Notes: generated by a model not told the origin, from the sequence alone. Shown: positions 18,118 to 27,862, counted from the stretch's first letter. The stretch: 37,385 nucleotides of DNA from Trueperaceae bacterium (GCA_040905465.1 JBBDRK010000034.1:4002-41386); one strand, 5' to 3'. Program-made: numbers and translations.

Positions 18118-19101
18118 ATGGCAACACGAGCAAGCTCGAGCCTCATGAAACGCATCACGCTCCTTGTAACGGCCACACTTCTAGCCTCACTGCCGGCTAC
18201 CGCGGTCGCCCAAGGCGACTATCCGAACCAGCGTCTCAACTGGACTATCGCGTTCGGCCCGGGCGGCGGCAACGACATAATGTCGCGCACGCTCATCGAG
18301 ATCCTCGAGAAGTACGACCTGTACCCGAACAATATCGTCGCCCAGAATCGGGCCGGCGGTAGCGGCGCGGTCGGCTGGGGCTACCTGTTCGCCCAAGCGG
18401 GCAATCCGTACCACATCTCGTCGACCAGCGGCAGCTTCATCACAACACCGCTTCAGGCGGACACGCCCTGGGGAACTACCAGCTTCACGCCGATCGCGCT
18501 GCTCGCCTCGGACGACATGGTGATTCTGGTGAACGGTGACTCGGAGATCGATTCGCTCGAGGACTTCATCGAGAGTGCCCGGGAGACGCCACCGTCGATC
18601 GGCGGCATAGGAGCGGTGAACGTCGACTTCATCATTCCCACGCTGCTGGCCGATCAGGCCGGCTTCGAGTTCGACTACGTGTCGTTCAACGCCGCCGGCG
18701 AACTCAACACCGGGCTCCTGTCCGGCTCGCTGGACGCCATCATGTCCAACCCCGGCGAGGTGCTGGGCCTGATGGAGTCGGGCGACATGAAGGCGCTGGC
18801 CTTCAGCGGCGTCGAGACGCCGGAGGCGCTCGGCGACCTGCCGACCTTCGCCGAGGCCGGCTTTCCAGTCGACGTCTCGCTGCCGCGCGGTCTGATCCTG
18901 CCCCCGGACGTTCCGCAGGAGGCGCAGCAGTGGTGGATCGACACCATGAGAGAGGTAGTCGAGACGCCGGAGTGGCAGGAGTACATCGACAACAACCTGC
19001 TCACCGAGAACATCCGCTACGGCGACGAATTCACCGCCTTCCTGCAGAACACCCAGGACTCCTTCGAGCGCATCCTGCGTGAGCAGGGAGCGATCGACTA
19101 G
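18118..19101 (+). CDS. tctC: Tripartite tricarboxylate transporter substrate-binding protein
   Basis: Signal peptide ending AVAQ, YP...FGPGGGND, NRAGGSG; RBS aggagg at 18105-18110. Confidence 0.93.
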   Translation: MATRASSSLMKRITLLVTATLLASLPATAVAQGDYPNQRLNWTIAFGPGGGNDIMSRTLIEILEKYDLYPNNIVAQNRAGGSGAVGWGYLFAQAGNPYHISSTSGSFITTPLQADTPWGTTSFTPIALLASDDMVILVNGDSEIDSLEDFIESARETPPSIGGIGAVNVDFIIPTLLADQAGFEFDYVSFNAAGELNTGLLSGSLDAIMSNPGEVLGLMESGDMKALAFSGVETPEALGDLPTFAEAGFPVDVSLPRGLILPPDVPQEAQQWWIDTMREVVETPEWQEYIDNNLLTENIRYGDEFTAFLQNTQDSFERILREQGAID

Positions 19102-19123
19102 CCGGATCGCACGCAACGGAGCG

Positions 19124-19145
19124 CGGGCAGGCCAACGCCTGCCCG
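19124..19145 (+). terminator. Stem-loop after tctC
   Basis: Inverted repeat CGGGCAGGC-caac-GCCTGCCCG. Confidence 0.55.
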
Positions 19146-19171
19146 GCCCGTCGCCGAAAGAGAGCGCACGC

Positions 19172-19615
19172 ATGAGACTCGCTTTCACGTTGTTCCTTCT
19201 CGCCCTGGCGGCCTTCTATACCTGGACGGCGTTCATCGACCTGGCCCCGTTGACGGCCAACGGACGATTGGGCCCGGGATTCTTTCCCAGGGTTATCGGC
19301 GTCGCGCTCGTTGTCACCCTGCTCTATTCGATCGTCATCGACAGGAGATTCGGACTCACCTCGGGAGAGGAAAGCGCCTATGCGCGTGACATAGTGATTT
19401 TCACCGGCCTGCTGGTGCTGTTCGTGGCGGCGTTGCACGTGCTCGGCGGGCTGTTGGCGATGGTGGCCTTCATGTACGCGGCACTCACGATCTTCAACCG
19501 CCGCCGTCACCTGCAGAACATCCTGGTGAGCGTGCTGCTCCCGACCGGCATCTTCCTCCTGTTCAACACCTGGTTGAACGCCGGGATTCCCGAGGGAATC
19601 CTCGCCTTCCTCTGA
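19172..19615 (+). CDS. tctB: Tripartite tricarboxylate transporter small membrane subunit
   Basis: LGPGFFP motif, 4-5 TM segments, C-terminal IPEG; lies between tctC and tctA. Confidence 0.9.
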   Translation: MRLAFTLFLLALAAFYTWTAFIDLAPLTANGRLGPGFFPRVIGVALVVTLLYSIVIDRRFGLTSGEESAYARDIVIFTGLLVLFVAALHVLGGLLAMVAFMYAALTIFNRRRHLQNILVSVLLPTGIFLLFNTWLNAGIPEGILAFL

Positions 19616-21162
19616 TGGAACTCCTATCTGATCTCTGGCTCGGTATGTCGGTTGCGGTGACGCCCGCCAACCTGTTCTTTCTTTTTATCGGGGCGCTCGT
19701 CGGCATCGTGGTAGGCGTGTTCCCCGGCCTGGGACCGTCGGCCGGCATCGCCATCTTGCTTCCCATCACGTTCGGGATGGACAGGATCAGCGCCGTGGTG
19801 ATGCTGGCGGCCATCTACTACGCCGCCATGTACGGCGCTACCCTCACGTCTATCCTGCTCAACGTTCCCGGGGCCTCGGCGGTGGTGGCGAGCACCTTCG
19901 ACGGTTACCCGCTCGCCAAACAGGGGAGGGCGGGACCTGCCCTGGTGATGCAGGCTGCCGCTTCGTTCGTCGGCGGAACCGTTGGCGTTATCCTGATCAC
20001 CCTTCTGGCCCCGGTGTTCAGCCGCGTCGCCCGGAGCTTCGGACCGCCGGAGTTCTTCATGCTGGTGATGATGGGCCTGCTGGCCCTGGTCGTGATGGTC
20101 GGCGCCAACTGGCGCTACGGAGTGATCTCGGCGCTGCTCGGCTTCGGCCTGGCAACGGTTGGCGTCGACCTGGTGACCGGAGCGCAGCGCTACACCTTCG
20201 GCTCCGCGCAGCTCATCGGCGGCATCGACTTCATTCCCATCGCCATCGGGCTGTTCGGCATCGGCGAGTTGCTCTACTCCCTCCACATCGGCGTTCACAG
20301 GTCGGCTTCGGGGGTGATCGCCTATCGCAGCGAGGACCGCTTCTGGCCGACCGCCGTCGACTGGCTGGAGAGCAGGTGGACGTTCGTCCGCAGTTCGGTG
20401 CTCGGTTTCGTGGTGGGGATTATTCCGGGGGCCGGGGCCACCATCGCCTCGCTGATGGCTTATTCGGTGGAGAAGTCGGTCTCCAAGACTCCGGAGAGGT
20501 TCGGCAAGGGTGCGATGCAGGGTCTGGTCGCCCCGGAGACGGCGAACAACGCGGCGTCGGCCGGCGCCATGATCCCGCTGCTCACCCTGGGGATTCCCGG
20601 GTCCGCTTCGACCGCGGTGCTGTTGGGGGCGTTCCTCCTCTGGGGCCTGAGGCCCGGTCCGCTGCTCATGACCCAGAACCCGGAGTTCGCCTGGGGACTG
20701 ATCGCCAGCATGTACTTGGGCAACATGATGCTGGTGGCGCTGTGTATCTTCGCGATACCGCTGTTCGTTGCGATGCTGCGCGTGCCCTACCGAATCCTCG
20801 CGCCCATCGTCGGCGTGCTGGCGGTAATCGGTACCTTCACGGTCAACGACAGCATCGTCGAGACCTGGCTGATGCTGGTTGCCGGCGTGGTCGGCTACTT
20901 CATGAAGCGCTTCGGCTTTTCGCCGGCGGCGCTGGTGGTTGCCCTGGTGCTGGGGCCGCTGGCCGAGGACACCCTGAGGCAGAGCCTCACGATCTCACGC
21001 GGGTCGTTCGCCATCTTCTACGAGCGGCCGGTTTCGCTCACGCTGGGGATCGTCACGATCGTGCTGTTCGTGCTGATGTCGTTCATGCGCCGGTTCCAGC
21101 GCTCGGCCGGCACCGAGCCAGGCGAGCCGGGCGAGGACATCACTCCGAAGTCGGCGGTGTAG
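19615..21162 (+). CDS. tctA: Tripartite tricarboxylate transporter large membrane subunit
   Basis: GVFPGLG, SILLNVPG, DGYPLAKQGRAG, PETANNA, LTLGIPGS. Confidence 0.96.
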   Translation: MELLSDLWLGMSVAVTPANLFFLFIGALVGIVVGVFPGLGPSAGIAILLPITFGMDRISAVVMLAAIYYAAMYGATLTSILLNVPGASAVVASTFDGYPLAKQGRAGPALVMQAAASFVGGTVGVILITLLAPVFSRVARSFGPPEFFMLVMMGLLALVVMVGANWRYGVISALLGFGLATVGVDLVTGAQRYTFGSAQLIGGIDFIPIAIGLFGIGELLYSLHIGVHRSASGVIAYRSEDRFWPTAVDWLESRWTFVRSSVLGFVVGIIPGAGATIASLMAYSVEKSVSKTPERFGKGAMQGLVAPETANNAASAGAMIPLLTLGIPGSASTAVLLGAFLLWGLRPGPLLMTQNPEFAWGLIASMYLGNMMLVALCIFAIPLFVAMLRVPYRILAPIVGVLAVIGTFTVNDSIVETWLMLVAGVVGYFMKRFGFSPAALVVALVLGPLAEDTLRQSLTISRGSFAIFYERPVSLTLGIVTIVLFVLMSFMRRFQRSAGTEPGEPGEDITPKSAV

Positions 21163-21180
21163 AACGGCGGCAAGCGGAGT

Positions 21181-22011
21181 CTAGTGCAGACGCCTCTGGA
21201 TGCCGGCTCGCTGCATGATGGTCGCCGCGATCTCCTCCACAGACGAGGCTGTCGTATTCAGGTAACCGATGCCCTGACGCTCGTACAGCCGTTCCCCCTG
21301 CCTGACCTCGCTTTCGCACTGGTCGAGTGAGGCGTAGCGACTGTCGGGTTTGCGGCGGCGGCGGATCTGATGCAGCCGCAGCGGGTCGATGGTGAGTCCG
21401 AAGAGCTTATCCCGATGGTCGGCCACCGCTCGGGGGAGGGCCAGGGAATCGAAGTCGTCGTCGGCTAGTGGGTAGTTGGCGGCACGGATCCCGAACTGCA
21501 TGCCCAGGAACAGGCAGGTCGGTGTCTTACCGGCGCGCGACACCCCCAGAAGGATGATGTCGGCCCGTTGGTAACTCTGCGTGGCCAAACCATCGTCGGT
21601 GCTGAGGGCGTAGTCGACAGCATCCATGCGCGTCTGGTAGGCGGAGAGGTCGACGATTCGGTGGTAGCGTCCTACTGCCGGGGAGGGGGCCGACTCCAGC
21701 TCCCCCTCCAAAGCGGCGAGATGGGGGTTGAAGATATCGAGCAGAAGCGCCCTGGCTGTCATCAACCGCTGCGCTATCGCGGCATCGGTGAGGGTGACGA
21801 ACGCTATCGGTCTGACACTCGCTCCCTGCGCCTCGCGGTCTATCTCCGCGACTACACGCTCGGCCTCGTCGACACTGTCAACGAACGGCCTGGTGACGAA
21901 ACGGAAGCGCTCTCCCTCGAACCGGGCAAGCAGACTGTGCCCCACTACCTCGGCCGTGATCCCCGTATGATCGGAGATGAAGAATACAGCACGTTCGCCG
22001 TCCTCGGTCAT
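21181..22011 (-). CDS. ppsR: PEP synthase regulatory protein (kinase/pyrophosphorylase, DUF299)
   Basis: FISDHTGITAE, DDG, GVSRAGKTP, AANYPL, SVEEIA; divergent from ppsA. Confidence 0.93.
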   Translation of the reverse strand: MTEDGERAVFFISDHTGITAEVVGHSLLARFEGERFRFVTRPFVDSVDEAERVVAEIDREAQGASVRPIAFVTLTDAAIAQRLMTARALLLDIFNPHLAALEGELESAPSPAVGRYHRIVDLSAYQTRMDAVDYALSTDDGLATQSYQRADIILLGVSRAGKTPTCLFLGMQFGIRAANYPLADDDFDSLALPRAVADHRDKLFGLTIDPLRLHQIRRRRKPDSRYASLDQCESEVRQGERLYERQGIGYLNTTASSVEEIAATIMQRAGIQRRLH

Positions 22012-22200
22012 GTCATCGTTCTCCCGCTCCGAACAGTAGCCCGAAATGTGGCGACCGTGTGACTGCTTCACCCGGTGGCGCGCTACTCTCGGCGAACAGC
22101 CAGACCACAGGTTGAGCCATCGGCGCTTCGACCTTAGCTTCTCGAAACGAAGACGAAGACAATGAGATGGCTTGGCGCTATGCTACGGGGGTACCGGTCG

Positions 22201-24579
22201 ATGTCTGCATACGTTCGCTCGTTTGAGTCTCTGACGTCCCAGGACGTGGATCAGGTCGGGGGGAAGAACGCCTCGCTGGGCGAGATGATCAGCAGTCTCA
22301 GCCAGGCGGGGGTAGCGGTGCCGGGCGGGTTCGCCACGACCGCTCTTGCTTACCGGGAGTTCCTGGCGCAGGACGGACTCGATTGCAGGATCGAAGGGGC
22401 GCTTGCCGGCCTAGATGTCGACGACCTCACCGCCCTGTCCGCGACCGGGGCGCGAATAAGGGGTTGGCTGCTCGACACGCCCCTGCCGCCGAGGCTGGAA
22501 GCGGAGATCCGCGAATCGTACCGAGAGTTGGAGGGCGAATCCCATGATCTTTCGGTAGCGGTGCGCTCGTCGGCCACCGCCGAAGATCTGCCCGACGCCT
22601 CCTTTGCTGGCCAGCAGGAGACTTTTCTAAACGTGCGAGGTATCGAGAGGGTGCTTCGGGCGGTGCGGGAGGTCTACGCGTCGCTGTTCAACGACCGGGC
22701 GATAGCTTACCGGGTCCACAAGGGTTTCGCGCACGACGGCCTGGCGCTCTCCGCCGGGATTCAGCGCATGGTGCGAAGCGACCTCGGTGCCAGCGGAGTC
22801 GTCTTTACCCTCGACACCGAATCGGGCTTTCGTGACGTGGTCTTCATCACCTCGTCCTATGGACTTGGGGAACTGCTGGTGCAGGGCGCGGTGAACCCTG
22901 ACGAGTTCTACGTTCACAAACCGGGTCTGGCGCAGGGACGACCCGCCGTCTTGCGCCGCTCGCTGGGCAGCAAGGCGCAGAAAATGGTCTACGCCAACGG
23001 ACCGCTAGGTAGCGGCGGCCTGGCGGTGGCGGAGGTTCCGGCGGCGGAGCGCGGCAGGTTCTCGCTGTCCGACGCCGAGGTGGAGGCGCTCGCACGCCAG
23101 GCGCTGGTGATAGAGCGCCACTACGGTCAACCCATGGACATCGAGTGGGCCAAGGACGGGAGCGACGGCACCATCTACATCGTACAGGCCCGCCCGGAGA
23201 CGGTGCAGAGCCGGCCGCGTGGGAGGACTCTCGAGCACTTTCAGCTGCTGGAAACCGGCAGGCTGCTGTCGAGCGGCCGCAGTGTGGGCCAGCGAATCGG
23301 CAGCGGTACCGTGCGGGTGGTGAAGGACGTGAGCGAGATGGGCCGGGTGCAGCCGGGCGATGTGCTGGTTACCGACATGACCGATCCCGACTGGGAACCG
23401 GTCATGAACCGGGCCGCGGCTATCGTCACCAACCGGGGCGGGCGAACCTGCCACGCAGCGATCATCGCGCGGGAGCTCGGGATTCCGGCGGTGGTGGGAA
23501 CCGGCGATGGCACCTCGGTCCTCGCCGACGACAACGAGGTGACGGTCAGCTGCGCCGAGGGTGACGACGGCAAGGTCTACCAGGGGCGCCTGAAGTACGA
23601 GGTTCGGCAGGTCCAGCTCGACACCATGCCGGAACTGCCGACCAAGATCATGATGAATGTGGCCAGCCCGCAGCGCGCATTCGCCTTCGCGGCCACACCC
23701 AACGCCGGCGTGGGGCTGGCCAGGCTCGAATTCATCATCAACAACACCATCGGGGTCCACCCGAATGCCCTGCTCGATTACCCCAATCTGCCGGAGGACC
23801 TGCGATCCGCGATAGAGGGACGGATCGCAGGTTACGAGGGACCAAGCGAGTTCTTCGTGGAGAAGCTGGTGGAAGGGATCGCCACCATCGCGGCCGCTTT
23901 CCAGCCGAAACCGGTGATAGTACGGTTGTCGGACTTCAAGTCGAACGAGTACGCCCACCTGCTGGGCGGCGACCGCTACGAACCGATCGAGGAGAACCCG
24001 ATGATCGGATTCCGGGGCGCCTCCCGCTACCGTGCCGAGTCGTTTCGCGAATGCTTCCGGCTCGAATGCCGTGCGTTGCGCAAGGTGCGCAGCGACATGG
24101 GTCTCACCAACGTCGAGGTAATGGTCCCCTTCGTCCGCACGGTGGCGGAGGCCCGGGAGATCGTGGGCCTGCTGGCCCAGGAGGGGCTGGAACGCGGCCG
24201 CGACGGGCTGCGTCTGATCATGATGTGCGAAGTCCCGGCCAACGCCATCCTGGCCGAGCAGTTCCTCGAGCACTTCGACGGCTTCTCTATCGGCTCGAAC
24301 GACCTGACTCAGCTCGTCCTCGCCCTCGATCGTGACTCCGGCCTAGTGGCCTCGCTGTTCAGCGAGCTCGATCCTGCCGTGAAGACGCTCATGAGCCAGG
24401 CGATCCGGACCTGCAAGGCGCAGGGCAAGTACGTGGGAATCTGCGGGCAAGGCCCATCGGACTACCCCGACTTCGCGGAGTGGCTGCTCGAAGAGGGTAT
24501 AGACAGCATCTCACTGACTCCCGACACTGTTCTCGAGACCTGGCTCTACCTCGCCCGCCATCAGCAGCGGCTCGAGTAG
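22201..24579 (+). CDS. ppsA: Phosphoenolpyruvate synthase (pyruvate, water dikinase)
   Basis: [67 protein letters not shown]. Confidence 0.98.
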   Translation: MSAYVRSFESLTSQDVDQVGGKNASLGEMISSLSQAGVAVPGGFATTALAYREFLAQDGLDCRIEGALAGLDVDDLTALSATGARIRGWLLDTPLPPRLEAEIRESYRELEGESHDLSVAVRSSATAEDLPDASFAGQQETFLNVRGIERVLRAVREVYASLFNDRAIAYRVHKGFAHDGLALSAGIQRMVRSDLGASGVVFTLDTESGFRDVVFITSSYGLGELLVQGAVNPDEFYVHKPGLAQGRPAVLRRSLGSKAQKMVYANGPLGSGGLAVAEVPAAERGRFSLSDAEVEALARQALVIERHYGQPMDIEWAKDGSDGTIYIVQARPETVQSRPRGRTLEHFQLLETGRLLSSGRSVGQRIGSGTVRVVKDVSEMGRVQPGDVLVTDMTDPDWEPVMNRAAAIVTNRGGRTCHAAIIARELGIPAVVGTGDGTSVLADDNEVTVSCAEGDDGKVYQGRLKYEVRQVQLDTMPELPTKIMMNVASPQRAFAFAATPNAGVGLARLEFIINNTIGVHPNALLDYPNLPEDLRSAIEGRIAGYEGPSEFFVEKLVEGIATIAAAFQPKPVIVRLSDFKSNEYAHLLGGDRYEPIEENPMIGFRGASRYRAESFRECFRLECRALRKVRSDMGLTNVEVMVPFVRTVAEAREIVGLLAQEGLERGRDGLRLIMMCEVPANAILAEQFLEHFDGFSIGSNDLTQLVLALDRDSGLVASLFSELDPAVKTLMSQAIRTCKAQGKYVGICGQGPSDYPDFAEWLLEEGIDSISLTPDTVLETWLYLARHQQRLE

Positions 24580-24593
24580 CCGGCAGCCGCCGC

Positions 24594-24628
24594 TTGCTCG
24601 TGACGGCGACTTGCCCGTACGCTAGCTC
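24594..24628 (+). promoter_or_regulatory. Putative promoter for a leaderless transcript starting at ATG 24629
   Basis: TTGCTC, 18-bp spacer, TACGCT, then 5 nt to the ATG; no Shine-Dalgarno. Confidence 0.45.
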
Positions 24629-24814
24629 ATGCAGCAGGAACTCAACGTCCTCCTGACCGCCGGCCAGCTGAGCACCAGTCGGGCCGTTCTCGAGCAGCAC
24701 GCCCACGTGCTGCCGACGCTGATGCGCTCGCTCAAGCGCCGGTTCGACCCGCTGGAGATCATGAACCCGGGCAGGAAGATCGTTGGCCGGGAGCCGCTGG
24801 AAGGAGACCTATGA
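24629..24814 (+). pseudogene. Internally deleted FAD-linked oxidase (GlcD/D-lactate dehydrogenase-like): N- and C-termini fused in frame
   Basis: N-terminal-like LSTSRAVLEQH joined to the hallmark C-terminal motif LMRSLKRRFDPLEIMNPG in only 61 aa. Confidence 0.7.
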
Positions 24815-25803
24815 AGAGGATTCGCTGGGGCGTCCTGAGCACCGCTAACATCGCCGTCCGCGCCGTAATTCCCGGCCTGCGTGCCGGCGAGTTGGGCGAA
24901 GTCGCGGCGATTTCCTCGCGCGACCGGGCTCGAGCCGAATCGGCCGCGGCAGAGCTGGCCATCCCCAAGTGGTACGGCTCCTACGAGGATCTGCTGGCCG
25001 ATCCGGACATAGACGCGGTCTACAACCCGCTGCCGAACCACCTGCACGTCCCCTGGAGTATTCGCGCGCTGGACGCCGGCAAGCACGTGTTGTGCGAGAA
25101 GCCGGTAGGTCTCGACAGCGGCGAGGCGCTGCAGCTGCTCGAGCACTCGCGCCGCCACCCGAGCCTCAAGGTGATGGAAGCGTTCATGTACCGCTTTCAC
25201 CCCCAGTGGCGTCGCGCGCACGAGCTGGTGCGCGAAGGAGCGCTCGGCCGCCTGCAGACCGTCCACTCCTTCTTCAGCTACCACAAGACCGACGCCGACA
25301 ACATCCGCAACCGCAGCGACATCGGCGGCGGCGGCATGCTGGACATCGGTTGCTACTGCGTGTCGCTGTCCCGGTTTCTTTGGGACGCCGAGCCGCAACG
25401 GGTCCTGGGACTGGTCGAGTTCGACCCGGAGCTGGGAATCGACCGGCTCGCTTCGGCTGTGCTGGAGTTCCCCGCCGGCAACGCGACCTTCACCTGCGCC
25501 ACTCAGCTCTCACCCTATCAACGGATGCAGGCCCTGGGCGACCGCGGACGCCTGGAGATCGTCCGGCCGTTCAACGCCGAGCCCGATGTCGACATGTGCC
25601 TGCGGTTCGAACGAGACGGAGACGTCGAGGAGATCACCGTGCCGGCCGTGGACCAGTATGCGGTCCAGGGCGACCTGTTCGCCCGCTCGATTCTCGACGA
25701 CGCCCCGGTACCGACGCCCCTGGAGGATGCGGTGGCGAATATGCGGGTGATAGACGCGGTGTTCGAGAGCGGCCGAACCGGCAAGTGGGTGGCGCTTGGC
25801 TGA
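24811..25803 (+). CDS. Gfo/Idh/MocA family oxidoreductase
   Basis: IRWGVLSTANIA, YNPLPNHLH, GKHVLCEKP, MEAFMYRFHPQW, GGGMLDIGCY. Confidence 0.95.
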   Translation: MKRIRWGVLSTANIAVRAVIPGLRAGELGEVAAISSRDRARAESAAAELAIPKWYGSYEDLLADPDIDAVYNPLPNHLHVPWSIRALDAGKHVLCEKPVGLDSGEALQLLEHSRRHPSLKVMEAFMYRFHPQWRRAHELVREGALGRLQTVHSFFSYHKTDADNIRNRSDIGGGGMLDIGCYCVSLSRFLWDAEPQRVLGLVEFDPELGIDRLASAVLEFPAGNATFTCATQLSPYQRMQALGDRGRLEIVRPFNAEPDVDMCLRFERDGDVEEITVPAVDQYAVQGDLFARSILDDAPVPTPLEDAVANMRVIDAVFESGRTGKWVALG

Positions 25804-25890
25804 GGGTGCCCCGCGCCGCCGGTTCGGGGGTCCAAGGTCGAGGTGAGCATCGCCCGCGAGGAGGGACCTGAGTTCGTGGCGTCGTTGCGG

Positions 25891-26229
25891 CTAGGCGTCG
25901 CCTTCCAGGAGGGTGACCAGGATGTCGAGGACCTCCTCCACCAAGTCAGCAGGGGCAGGCTCGATCACCCGCGCGTTGCGGGCCCGCCAGTCCAGTGCCC
26001 TGACTTGGTGTGCCAGGACCACGCCGACGGTCTCGAGGCCGGCTGGCAGCGCAACCTCGAGCGGATAGCCTTTGACCTTCGAGGTTATGGGACAGGCGAC
26101 GATCATGCCGCTTGCCTTGTTGTAGCGGCTGTTCGACAGAACCAGTGCCGGCCTGTGTCCGGACTGTTCGTGGCCCAAGCGGGGATCGAAGTCTACCCGG
26201 ACAAGGTCCCCCCGCCGCGGGGCTCTCAC
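25891..26229 (-). CDS. mazF: MazF/PemK family endoribonuclease toxin
   Basis: RGDLV.VDFDP..GHEQSGHRPALVLS, CPITSK, DWRAR; GTG start overlaps the antitoxin stop (GTGA). Confidence 0.93.
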   Translation of the reverse strand: MRAPRRGDLVRVDFDPRLGHEQSGHRPALVLSNSRYNKASGMIVACPITSKVKGYPLEVALPAGLETVGVVLAHQVRALDWRARNARVIEPAPADLVEEVLDILVTLLEGDA

Positions 26230-26465
26230 CAGATCTCTGAGCCTAGCGCGCCGCCCCAATCGACCTCTGGATGAACCGTTTCCGGCGTCACACCCTGCAG
26301 TAGCTCAGCGAGCGTTCGCTTCCGATTTTCGGGGCTGAACATTAGCATGCCGTTCGCAACCTCCAGTTCCAGGACGCTGCCCTCTTCGAGGTCGAGCGGT
26401 CGCGCGATGTCGACGGGAAGGCGGATGGCGAGGCTGTTGCCCCACTTCTTGACGGACAATCTCAT
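26226..26465 (-). CDS. mazE: MazE/AbrB family antitoxin
   Basis: VKKWGNSLAIRLP, TLAELL, HPEVDWG...GSEIW. Confidence 0.93.
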   Translation of the reverse strand: MRLSVKKWGNSLAIRLPVDIARPLDLEEGSVLELEVANGMLMFSPENRKRTLAELLQGVTPETVHPEVDWGGALGSEIW

Positions 26466-26471
26466 GCAAGC

Positions 26472-26491
26472 ATTGTATCACATAATGATAC
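26472..26491 (-). promoter_or_regulatory. Extended -10 promoter (leaderless mazE) overlapped by an autoregulatory palindrome
   Basis: Minus-strand TG-A-TACAAT 6 nt before the ATG; palindrome GTATCA-cataa-TGATAC (26475-26491). Confidence 0.75.
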
Positions 26492-26607
26492 GTGGCAGAA
26501 GAATGCGGGGGAGTCGTCGGCGACCCAAAGACGCCGCGCGTCGGTAGCCTGCTCCGGGTACCGTCAGCCTAGAGTTTTCGCCCGCCGCGGCCGTGGTAGC
26601 CTCCCTC

Positions 26608-27654
26608 ATGCACGACAAGATTCCCGTTTTCGATGGCCACAACGACGTTCTCCTGCGCCTTGCCGAAGAGCGCGGCGGCGGGCGGAGCTTTCTCGAACGC
26701 GGCACCGAAGGGCACCTGGATCTGCCGCGGGCCCGGGAAGGAGGCCTAGCAGGAGGCCTGTTCGCGGTCTTCACCCCATCTGCCAGTTCGCCGGAACGGA
26801 TCGACCGGCCCGACGGTTACGAGACTCCGCTTCCCACCGCGCCCGATCTTGCTACCGCCCAACGGAACACCCTCGCGCTGGCGGCCGACCTGTTCCGGCT
26901 CGAGCGCGACTCGCAAGGGGCGATGCGGGTCTGTCGGAACGTCGCCGAGATCCGCGGCAGCATTGCGGACGGCGCCTTGGCGGTGGTACTGCATATCGAG
27001 GGCGCCGAGGCGATCGATGACGGTTTCGATGGCCTGGAGGTGTTCTACCGTGCCGGCCTGCGCTCACTGGGGCTGGTGTGGAGCCGCCCTAACGCGTTCG
27101 GTACGGGCGTGCCGTTCAACTATCCGGGAACACCCGACATCGGGCCGGGCCTCACGAACCGTGGCAAGGAGCTGGTGCGTGCCTGCAACGACCTCGGCGT
27201 CATGGTCGATCTGTCGCACCTGAACGAGCGGGGGTTCTGGGATGTGGCCGGGATCAGCGACAAGCCGCTGGTGGCGAGCCACTCCAACGCCCACGCCATC
27301 TGTCCGGTACCGCGCAACCTGACCGATGCCCAGTTGGAGGCCGTCGCCGAGTCGAGTGGTCTGGTGGGCGTCAACTTCGCGGTCGGCTTCCTCGACCCTG
27401 GCGGGAGCAAGGACGCCGGGTTGCCGCTCGAGGTGATGGTGCGGCACGTCGATCATCTCGTGGAGAAGCTGGGCATCGAAGGAGTTGCCCTGGGCAGCGA
27501 TTTCGACGGCGCAACCATGCCGTCCGAGATCGGCGACGTGAGCGGACTGCCGCGGCTGGTCGAGGCTCTCCGGGCGCACGGGTACGACGACCAGACGCTC
27601 CGGCGGATCTGTCTCGATAACTGGCTGGACGTGCTTGAGCGCAGCTGGGCCTAA
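26608..27654 (+). CDS. Membrane/renal dipeptidase family (peptidase M19)
   Basis: DGHND, HIEGAE, DLSHLN, SHSNA, GSDFDG; start placed at ATG 26608 after TG-G-TAGCCT. Confidence 0.94.
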   Translation: MHDKIPVFDGHNDVLLRLAEERGGGRSFLERGTEGHLDLPRAREGGLAGGLFAVFTPSASSPERIDRPDGYETPLPTAPDLATAQRNTLALAADLFRLERDSQGAMRVCRNVAEIRGSIADGALAVVLHIEGAEAIDDGFDGLEVFYRAGLRSLGLVWSRPNAFGTGVPFNYPGTPDIGPGLTNRGKELVRACNDLGVMVDLSHLNERGFWDVAGISDKPLVASHSNAHAICPVPRNLTDAQLEAVAESSGLVGVNFAVGFLDPGGSKDAGLPLEVMVRHVDHLVEKLGIEGVALGSDFDGATMPSEIGDVSGLPRLVEALRAHGYDDQTLRRICLDNWLDVLERSWA

Positions 27655-27813
27655 CGTGGCGCGCTAGTCTCCCAGCGCCGCCAACATCGCCGGTGTCCTG
27701 CCTGTGGCTGTGGCTGCACGGCTCCGCCCTGTGAGTCGGCGTCTGTCGCCTTGGCGCCGGCTTTCTGCCGGTGCCGGGCCGGGAGCAACCTGCGCCGGTC
27801 AACGCGGAGGCCC

Positions 27814-27843
27814 TTGACGTTTGGCCGGGCTCGGTGCTACCTT
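27814..27843 (+). promoter_or_regulatory. sigma70-type promoter of the LacI/beta-glycoside operon
   Basis: TTGACG (27814-27819), 18-bp spacer, extended -10 TGc-TACCTT (27838-27843). Confidence 0.7.
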
Positions 27844-27848
27844 GCGTA

Positions 27849-27862
27849 TGAAACCGCTTTCA
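27849..27862. promoter_or_regulatory. LacI-family operator O1
   Basis: TGAAACCGCTTTCA: near-perfect palindrome with central CG, at the predicted transcription start. Confidence 0.8.

Noticed and set aside
8155-21162. Anaerobic phthalate degradation cluster (CoA-transferases + UbiX + transporter)
   Set aside because: No UbiD decarboxylase, the two transferases are not an adjacent pair, and ubiX is in a separate convergent unit
25843-26274. 143-aa plus-strand ORF opposite mazF
   Set aside because: Antisense shadow of the clearly recognisable mazEF pair
27655-27813. Possible sRNA or repeat in the GC-rich gap before the LacI promoter
   Set aside because: Only short low-complexity repeats (ctgtgg twice); no convincing structure
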